Assembly (NCBI RefSeq): GCF_902459465.1
Contig: NC_047077.1
Location: forward strand, 5,828,001 to 5,892,000
Reading direction: 5' to 3'
DNA: 64,000 nucleotides
Source of the DNA: Asterias rubens
Lineage: Eukaryota
The number at the start of each line of letters is the position of its first letter. Position 1 is the stretch's first letter. The notes below the pieces were generated by a model that saw nothing but the letters and a program-made list of their open reading frames with translations, did not search any database and was not told where the DNA came from. Made by a program: the position numbers and the translations under genes. Shown piece by piece: positions 10,562 through 21,400 of the stretch.

Positions 10562-12450
10562 TTTTGTATACAACGGTATGAGGACATCGAACACTAACTA
10601 GAAAAATGAATCCAGTCAATATGAAAATAACACTCAAATACAGTTGTTGAGTTTTGGTGCATGTCAGTCAAATGCGTGAGCGCCGCTGCCCCCCCCCCCA
10701 TATCTCTTGAGGACTTTAAGCCTCTGAACTCTACCCGAATTTCAGAACCTCTGAGAACTCTTCCTTATTTGTCTGCATAAGTATTGGGTCACTTTTTCGC
10801 CAAAATCCGAGAACTTTTGCGATTTCACTCCGGAAGCGTGCACGACCGATTTTTCGAGCAAAATAATCGAACACAGACAATCGATACATCCAATTATTTA
10901 TTAATAGGTTTATTTCGTTTCTTGGGTAGATAAACATTACAATAATGTTCATACTATAACAAGGTAAACACATTCAAAGATCACCAATGAGCAATTAAAA
11001 CACAGAGGAATAAGGAAAAGGAAACATTTGGAGTCTGGAGGATTGCCTTAAAGTAAACAAAGTTCCCTGGTCTTGATCCTAACATTCTAAAAATTTGAAG
11101 AAAAAAATATTTCCATCCCATTATTATTACTCTTTCGTTTATTTACTTTGAGAAAGACACTGAAAAGTTCGAAATGTGATGAGAGGCTATAGTCTTGTAC
11201 ATCTCGTCGCCCCGCGTGTGGTGCCAATAATCTCGAATGAAATAGCGCCGCTGATCAAACTGAACTCTAGAGGGCGCTAGTAAAAGTTAATGGTGCAATA
11301 TTTCTTGAAATTCGCGCAAGCCGATCCAAAAGTTTGCCTGCGCGCAGTTTTCAAACTGTAGTTTGTCGATACAAACTTAAGAATTGCGCGTTTTGGATAC
11401 GCAATTGACCGGAATTACTACACGGTTCCGTTTACAGAAGTTTCTTCCACAGCGTCACATTGGCGGGTTCAGAATTTAGGAAGGATCAAGGGGAACTTCG
11501 ATTTTGCACCGAGGCCCCCAATTCCACCCGACCGAATTGAGAGTCCAATTAATTTTAAATGCCTACAAATAAAAAATTGCCAAACAGTGACACGGCTGGC
11601 TTCATTGACTAAATTCCAACTTGTATTTTTTAGATAATGCAAATAAATAGAAAATTAATTTGCTTAGAGATTAAAAGGCCTCCTAGGCCTAATCCTATAT
11701 TATAGAAACATTTTTCGATATTCCAAGAATCGTTTGGAAACATTAAACCGGGTGTTTGTGAATGTAACTTGGTAAATTATATAAATCGATGGCCCAGTGA
11801 ATGTAACTCATATTATATCAACTCCCAGCAGAGAACAAACGTTCAAGCGGAAACAAATTGTCCATTCACTGTAAAAATCTGTGAGACCTCTTAAGTATTG
11901 TTTCTGTGTTACGAATTATTTTGTGTCTATACGGGCGGGACTCATTTTAGTGAGATAGGGGTACAAACCATCACAACGCGTACAAACCAGCCGCTCCCGT
12001 TGGCAAAATCAATTATAAACTTACAGTTCATGAGAAACCCTGTTTTTACAACATTCTCCAAATATTTTAACAAAAGCAACTTAAACAAAAGTTGACAACC
12101 AGCATTTTAATAATACAAAATGAACTAACCTTTGAAAACTGTTCGGGTAATTTTTCTTCATAAAGCTCTCAATTCACTTTAAAGTGGTGAAGAACAATCA
12201 GCTCTATTGTTGAACGGCAAGTATTGCGTGGTGTACAAAGTTTGCGCCAAGGGTACCTCCTGCGCAAATCACGTAAGGAAACTATACTAACTTTGCGCAG
12301 TTAAAATATGGCAGCTTGCGCGAATTAATTTTAGAAATTAATAGCGCCCTCAAGAGTTCAGTTTGACCATCATTGGCGTTTGTTGCACGTTTGAGAAAAA
12401 AAGTTACAATTTTATGATTGTTTTTCTTCCGATTTTACACACATAAATAA

Positions 12451-15400
12451 ATGCCGATGTTGGAAGGAAAGCGGAAAGCTGAGGAGGGGGCATTGGTCCA
12501 CCTAAAGAGACCCAGGAATGAGTTGGTCTCATCGGCCGTAGGAGGTGGAACGATGGTCCAAGCGGTAAGTTTTTTTGGAACGATATTGTATTACTTTTGC
12601 CCAGTATCCGGACAATAGAAAGAGTTTTCTTCAACACAAAAAAAACCCAGCATAAACTTAAGTAGTTATTTTGGATTCAACATTAACAAACCAACTTGTA
12701 GGCATTGCGATTGTCTTTATATGCGCACGGTTAACGTATTTAACGGACTTGCACAATCTCAATCTGCAGGTTTCTCCACTCGATCATCATCATGTTGATT
12801 GTTATTATTAATATTAATAATAAAATATAGGAGAAACAATCCATCCTACTTAATTTATTCTTTGTTTAAAATTAATAATTTTTTTTTTTTTTTAAAGCTA
12901 ACGCCACTTCATGCGCGCCCTAGGCCGGCTATATAATTTTTTTTATAAGATTCAAATCATCAAAACAAGGAGTGACAATAAACTCACCTGATCGACTGAG
13001 ATCGAGACGCCGAGAGGCAGTAGTTTAGTTTACACATATTAGAGGGTTTTAGTAAGATTTTGTCAAATAAATTTCTTTGAAACAAAAGAAAAAACTTTTG
13101 CTAAAATCCTGAAATATGATTGATTGTGTTTTTTTTGTATTTGTAAACAGGGACCACCGCGAACATCGAGCCTTCTTGCTCCGATCATGCTGCTGTCTGG
13201 TCATGGAGCAGAAATCTTCTCCGCTAAATTCCATCCCGATGGAAACACTCTAGCATCAGGATCATTTGACAGGAATATCTGTAAGTATAATTAGGGAATA
13301 ATAGTTTGGGGGGCCAGCCTTCACTCTGCATGATATGGATCTGAATAAATATGGGTGCGTTGGATTTAAAAGCTTCCCTGTGTCGACCCTGGTACTCATT
13401 CGGGTGAGCCCCAGACAAGAGCTAATAGAACGATCACTCGCCCTCTAGTGGTAGCGTCTTGCACCTTGGGCCAGCCCCAAGTGACCCTTTCCACAAGCAG
13501 GGTACTTGGGGCTGACCCAGGTGAGCCCCTGGAATGACGTCAAAGCTATTCGAACGTACCGGGGGCAGATACGGGTCAACCCGGGGAAGCTAATCAAACG
13601 CACCCTATATTCACCGCTCTAATAAAAAGACGATGAAGAAATTTCATTTTTAAATTTGTGAAAACAACTGGCCTGGAATTTAATTTTTGAAAGGGCAAGG
13701 CCAATTTTCATTTTGCAAAGTGCACTTCCATTGGAAAATCTTAAAGTCAATGGGAAACTTTTGAAGGGACACCAAGGCCAGGACCAGGGGCAACAGGGGC
13801 CATGGCCTCCGTGCCCTGAATGTAATACCAGGCCTGAAACAACCTTATAAAACAAACCCATCAGTCAAGTAGGGACTTAAAACCCAATCTAGGTGCCCCT
13901 GTGGGATTCGAACCTGGGTCCCATAGGTGGAAGGCAAGGGAAGACACCACTACACCACTGCATACACCTTATCGCAAATAATCGGAACACACACGTTAGG
14001 CATGGTAATGAGGTGCATGCTGGTCTAGCTAGGTATCAAGTGCCTCTATTTATCACAATGATGGCACTGTTTTTTTATGATTTAAAGCGTTCAATCCTAG
14101 TTAGTAACTTTTTTTTCATTGTGAATTTGTGTTGAATAGTTTTATGGAGTGTGTACGGTGAGTGCGCCAACTATGCAGTGCTTTCTGGGCATCAAGGAGC
14201 AATCATGGAACTACAGTATACGACTGACGGGTAAATTTGTTTTGCTTTTTTCTCTCTTTTGCGATTTTACCAGTCCAGGTGCAAATCTAAAGGTGTCGGT
14301 AGCTATTTGTGACTGGTAAGGTTAATTTTAAATAAGGGAATAAAAGAGTTGGCAACGAGGTCTTAAACTGCAATTTAAAACATTGCAGGGGCATGATACC
14401 TTATCAAACTGCAAACCCTTCAAGGTTTAAAACAGCAGTTTAAGACTAAGTTACCTACTGTTTTCCCATTCATAAACAACCTTCCTTTAAGAAAACCCCC
14501 AAAACCTTTAAAAAGTTGAAACATTTTGTGTGCAGCCATTCTTTTTACTTCACCTAACTCATCAGGCTCTGGTGTTTCCAACCAGCAGAATGTGGGCTCT
14601 GGCCCCTCATGACATTTGTGTGCTTTTTAGGCTAGACACTTAACCATTATTGCTTCAACGTTCGGATGGAACATGAAGCCGTTTGTTCCATGTGTTGTGT
14701 AACTCATGTGAAAGAAACCTGTTGCTCCTATAGAGAAGAGGTTCGCCCCGGTGTTCCTGGTTTGATTGGCTGCATATTGCACCATGACTTTTTTTTTTAC
14801 TTTTTTTTTATGCAAGTCGCCTGACACACAAGGCCTGAAGGCCACTTCAAGGTGTGGGCTACAATTATTTTTTCCAGGGCCGTGCTACGCCTAGGGCTGA
14901 AACAGGGTTACCCCTTTCACAGTCCATACGAATGTAGGCTTGGGTATCATCAATTCGAAGCCTGGCCGGTAGAGCAGAAAGCACTCAGGCCTCGATCTTT
15001 ACCGCGGCCACCGCGGCAAATGGCCGCATGCCCTTCCAACTTTGCCGCATGCCCCTTAAAAAAATACACACGTTGCGGCCAACTTGGCCAGCGTGCCCTT
15101 TTGTATTTTACCGAGCTACATACCGTCATGACAATATGACAATCATACATGTACATATCACGAACATTGTGTAGAGTTTCCGTGCATACAAAACACCATT
15201 CAACAAATGTTTGCGGTGAATATACTCCACGTCGGTATCGATATAACGTGTGTCGTAGCTAGCTTGCTCGTAGGATCACTTGAGACTCACACCCGCTCGA
15301 TCTCCCGGCCGGCCCCACACACGCTGATAATAAGCGGCTCCGAAATGCGGCTTGATAAGCACGGGTTGAACAGCCGGCTGTATTTGTACAAGGTAACCAG

Positions 15401-18400
15401 TGTTGTAATTGTAAAATCACTACAACTGGGTCGGATGCCAGCGCACGTTTTAGCCCGGCCCGCGGCCACGTGATATACATGAACGCGCGGTAACCAGCGT
15501 AGTGATAATAAACTCAGCACAAATGAGTTAACGTCCGTCGATATATCGAAAATACTCAAAAACTCGATATTTTTTTGACATCGAAATCGCCGATGTCACT
15601 TTTATAATCATATCGTAATATCGGATTTTCGATATATATCGAAAATTTCGATGTTTTGAAAATTTCGATGTTCCTAAATGGTATCGAAAATACCAAAAGA
15701 GTGTCCGATTATTTAAAAGAAATCTGTGTTTGAGTATTAGAAAAGCCGTCGTCGTTATGTAGTTTCATCATTTTGAGTTGCCCTATTAAATAAAATACAT
15801 TTTACAACCAAGTATGTCTGCATGTTCTTTGTGTTTTCGCCATCAGCCGCCGGCCCGCCGCAGAAGTTCACGACCCCGCGGCGAGCACACGGTAAAACCT
15901 CAAAAGAAACCGCTGCTGCTGCCCTAGCCTATCGGCTGTTTAAGATGCAACTTCCCTCGGCATGTGATCAAAATCAATGCGTCTTCATCACAGCATTATT
16001 GACTTTGCAAAAATACCCCGCAAAAACTTCCCCGAATCAACAAGACAAAACAAAACAAGGAAGAAAACAATCTTACGTTATACAGTAAAATAATCTTTCT
16101 ATCAATCCAAGGTATCGTAATGGCGTCATTTTGGTCAAATAAAGCCTACACGTTGTGTTGTTTTCGGTAAACAAGCTAACATTTCCGAGGAACTATATGC
16201 TTGGCAGACCACGCTGTCGGCGGCTATTGCGTGCGTACCAGCGAAGACTATGCTGTTGTACGGTTTAAGCGTGCACACCAGCGTGTATGGTTATTGCAAT
16301 TCGGGGGGAAAACCCGTTTGCCCAAGCATGCGCAGATACATGCAGTCTTTGGTCAAGGCTATTGTGATCGCTGAGTGGTAGGTCTGTGTTTTGCGGGACT
16401 TTCTAGTGATTTTTTTTCGATGATTATCTCAACCATTTTCAACCGTAAAAAGAAGGTAGTCCGCGCGCCCGTCGGACAACTTGATTGACACTTCTACGTC
16501 AATGCATCGGCAACTGACACCTTAATGTCGGCGAGTCACGCAACTCACAAAGGCTCTGTGTCATTTTGAGACGGCCAATCATGGCCAATCACGAATCGAG
16601 AATTGTGGTGAGCGTCCACCAATTGGCCAAGCCAGCGGTAGCGGCGATCATACTTTGTTGTAAAACCAGAAATAATCGGGGCGGGACTACGCAATCTGAA
16701 ATTGTTTGGACTACAAACAAGTTCGGGGGATCAGACAAAAACAGGTTGAAATGTAACCCTATTAAACTGTCAGTCTATGGTATATATATTTCTACCTCCA
16801 TGAGTATACCAAGTGCTGTTTTTAGGCTTCCATCTTGCGCGCGGGAAATACTCGATATATCGAGTATACTCGATATTAAATTTTCGATATATCGGTTATG
16901 GGAAAAAACCGACATCGACGGACGTTAAAATGAGTCGGATACCAGCGCATATTTTTTATGAATGGAAAAAGTTCTGACCATTCACATCCAACGTTTGTAC
17001 ACGCTGATCTCCAAAAACTGAAGTTCAAAAGTAAGCATCATGCCTTCACACAATCGTGTAAAAAAGCGCAAAAAGGATGCTTTTCTCAAGGAAGGCTCAA
17101 AATATTTATAAATTAACCAGTCAGTACAGGATTGTACTAATTGAATAATTGAAAGTAAATATTTTAAAGGGACTCCACATTTCATTAAAAAGGAACACAT
17201 TTTAAGTGTTTATATCAAAGGTATTAGAATGTTTTAAGGTTTTTTATAATAATCATTTCTACTGGATCCATATTTTAAAGAGACCATACATATAAATTGT
17301 TTAAATCTACATTTTAAAGGGACACTATACATTCTATTAAAATCAAAGGGTTCACATATTTAAGTTTTGTCTAAATTTTAAAAAGTATCATACATTTTTA
17401 AGTTAGTTAAATGATTCGAAGTTGTAGATGGGAATTAAATTCCTTTTTTGACAAACTGCGGTTGCATGCCTGTGTAATAAATAACAAATAATACACCTTT
17501 ACCATGGTGCAGCCATCTTGTTTTTTACCATTCAAAACAATTTAACAAAACTAAGGCTGGAAGGAAAAATAGTCTGGTACCATTTTATGTTATTATTTTA
17601 ATTTACTATCAACATTTTCATTTGGTATAAAGGGAATGTGACCAATGGCTACATTGGCTCTTTGGATACGGTGTTACACATGTGACCTAGAAAATAGGCA
17701 TTTATACACAGGCTGTAAATAAAGGTTATTTAAATTAAAGGTTTTGAAATGAATGGCCTTGGTGCCCCCTTGAGTTGGCCTTGGTGCCCTGTTGAATTTT
17801 GATGAGGGCAAGGCCAAAGTGGCCTGCCCCTTTTTTGCCCAAGATCAAGGCCTGAAGCACTACCTCCCCAATTTTATGTAGCAAGCGTCACGACCGGGAT
17901 CCGAACCCACACCCTGCTGATCAAACACCAGTGCTTGAATCCGGTGCTCTTAACCGCTCGGCCATGACTTGATTATATGTAAAGGAATGGGTCTTATACT
18001 TCAAATGTAGCCCCACATACCTTGCAGAAAAAATGTTGGAAGTTGACGGCATTGAGTGTCACTGAGTTACTGACATGAGTGCTGTGTACAAAGCTACTGC
18101 TATTACTATTCATGTTTTTTTCCTTCTCCACAGTCAGCTTGTGTCATGCAGCACAGATAAACTGCTATGTCTCTGGGACACCGAGACAGGGACTAGAATC
18201 AAGAAGATGAGAGGACACACGGCGTTTGTTAATTCAGTTTATCCAGCAAGACGAGGACCTTCGTTGATAGTCAGTGGTGGGGATGATGGAACTATAAAGG
18301 TAATAAGGAATTATGTGATGCTAGAAGCTTTGTAAAAGAACACAGTGCACTTATCGAAAAGAGAAGGGGTTCGCCCTGGTGTTCCTTGCATTGGTCGCTG

Positions 18401-21400
18401 AATGCACCATAGCACCCTCGATAGCTATCTTTCCCGGAAGTTTGTATATTATACTAAGCGCCTTGAGTACCTTGTTTGGTGCGCTAAACAATGCTTTGAT
18501 ATTACTATTATTAGTAGTATTATTTGCATGCACTAAATGGTTTTCTAAAATGAGAAAAAAAATCTTAAATTGTATGGCATATCCAAACGTCCTCTACCCC
18601 GCCGACGGAAGTTACAGATTAAGGCTGCTTGTATTGTGTTCATGAAGCGTCGTAGTGATAGTGTTAGCCCTCTTTTGAAGAAACACCACTGGTTTCCTGT
18701 CACTAAGTGTGTTGACTTCAAAATCTGTCTACATATCTTCAAAGCACTCATGCTGCAGCTGAATTATCCAGCTTGCAACGAACTTGCAATCTACATGTGT
18801 GAAGGAATCCAGCGATTAACTGTCATGTCCACACTTGTCATTATTTTGTTTAAAGGCAGTGGACACTATTGGTAATTGTCAAAGACTAGCCTTCACAGTT
18901 GATGTATCTCAAGATACTTATAAAATAACAAACCTGTGAAAATTTGAGCTCAATCGGTCATCAAACTTGCGAGATAATAATGAAAGAAAAAGCACCCTTG
19001 TCACACGAAGTTGTGTGCGTTAATAGATGGTTGATTTCGAGACCTCAAGTTCTAAATCTGAGGTCTCGAAATCAAATTTGTGGAAAATTACTTCTTTCTC
19101 GAACTCTATGGCACTTCAGAGGGAGCTGTTTCTCACAATGTTTTATACCATCAACCTCTCCCCATTACTCGTCACCAAGAAAGGTTTTATGCTAATAATT
19201 ATTTTGAGTAATTACCAATAGGGTCCACTGCCTTTAATAGCTGTTTCTAGTGTTTCTTTGTGCGCCTTGGGTGCCATTATAGGCAGATATATGCGCTGTA
19301 CAAATCTTTAAATATTGTTATTATTATGTATGTTCTTCCCCACGCAACGTTCTCTTTGAGCATCGAACAAACACTAAACAAAAGGACGAGCCTTCTTCAA
19401 TGCAGTTCCGCTGGAATAGAGTAGTAGTGTGGAAAGATTCCAGTGATTTTAACAATTAACTTTTATTTTCTGTTTTCCTTGACAGCTTTGGGACAGTAGA
19501 AAGAGAGGAGTGGTGCAAACTTTCCAGAATACTTACCAAGTTCTCTCTGTTACCTTCAATGATACCAGCGATCAAATTGTCTCAGCTGGAATTGATAACG
19601 ATATCAAGGTAAGTAGAGCCATGAATTTGGGCCAAGCTTGTCAGGACTAGTCTGTCTTTCCCGCACTTATCACGGCTTTTGAAAACATTAACTGCACAAG
19701 CTTTAATCGCTGAGATGTTAGACTAAATCTGGCATGTTGTGGCCAAGCGGTTAAGCGCACTTGACTCAAGCTCTGGTGTTTCTGATGAGCAGAGTGTAAG
19801 TCTGAATCCCAGTCATGACACTTGTGTCCTTAAGCAAGACACTTAACCATTATGCTTCATCATTTGGATAGGACTTAAAACCGTTGGTCCTGTGTGTTGT
19901 GTAATGCACATAAAAGAACCCTATGCACTTATCAAAAAGAAATGGGGTCTGTCGCGGTGTTCCTGGTTTGATTGGCAGCATATTGCACCTTGTAAACCAT
20001 TACATGGTGCTATATCACATGTACTTCAGGCTCCAAAATATCTTATAGGAAAAAACTGAATATTGAAGCGCCTTGAGCGTCACGGAGAGACAGATAAGAG
20101 CCCTATATAAAAAGCCACTATTTTTGTTATAACATCATGCCTTTAATTAACCCACGGTACCCACAGCAATTGTTGTGGTTAGTCCTAGTTGTGATGCCCT
20201 GTGCTTTTGCTGCGGTGCCCTTTGCAAAGTCCTATTACAAACTTACATTTTGCTCATAGAAGTGCCCCTTACCAGAGGAAAAATTGCTGTGCCCCTCCCA
20301 AGAGGGAAGTTCAAGGCCTGTTACATGAGGAGAGTTCAAGTGTTGATGTTGAATTTTTGTTTTCTGTCAGGTTTGGGACTTGAGAAAGAATGGGATGTTA
20401 TATAAGATGCCTGGACACACAGACTCAGTGACTGGTTTATCGTTGAGTGGTGATGGGTCGTATCTACTCTCCAACTCTATGGACAATACATGTAAGTCAT
20501 CAAACAGCTTTTTGAATTCAGCTACAGGCAGTCAAAGTTGACACTCGGCTTTAAAAAAAAAAGGGTTTCAATCAGTATGATAGAGAGGTTTGCGATGATA
20601 ACACCTTGTGAAAATCTCTTTGGGTAGTGTTGGTTTTGAAAAGAACTGGTGGTTGACTTTAAAGACAGTGGACACTATTGGTAATTGTCAAAGACTAGTC
20701 TTCACTGTTGGCGTATCTCAACATATGCATAAAATAACAAACCTGTTAAAATTTGAGCACAATCGTTTGTCGAATTTGCGAGGTAATAATGAAAGAAAAA
20801 ACACCCTTGTTACACGAAGATGTGTGCTTTCTGATGCTTGATTTCAAGACCTCAAATTCTAAACTTGAGGTCTCACAATCAAATTCGTGGAAAATTACTT
20901 TTTTTCTTGAAAACTACGTCACTTCAGAGGGATCTATTTCTCACAATTTGTTATACCATAATCCTCTCCCCATTACTCGTAATCAAGAAAGGTTTTAAGA
21001 TGATAATTATTTTGAGTAATTACCAAAAGTGTCCACTGCCTTTAATGTTTTAATCAGTATGTGATCGTTTTTAGGAAAAGTTTTATTATCTCCAGTTTCA
21101 ACCCTAGCAAAAGCTAAATTACAGCAAATAAGTAAGAGAGGTTTTAGGTAACACCATGTGAAAATCTCTTTTCAGTAGTGTTAGTTCTTGACAACTCAAC
21201 GTTTCGATCAGCATGTTCTTTTCAGAACCAATACCACTCCAAAGAGATTTTCACGAGGTGTTACCGCAAACCTCTTTTAGATGATTTGTGCAAGAAACGT
21301 TTACTAAATGTACCTAACGACTAGTGGTTTTTAACGACTCAAAGTTTTGATCAGTATGCTCTGATGGTCTTCACATGGTGTTACCGCATACCTCTCTAAG

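Noticed and set aside
18944-19221. Recurring small ORFs such as [17 protein letters not shown] (also 20608-21053, 45104-45382 and 46648-46842)
   Set aside because: Chance frames in copies of the same non-coding MITE. Stops and frames differ between copies.
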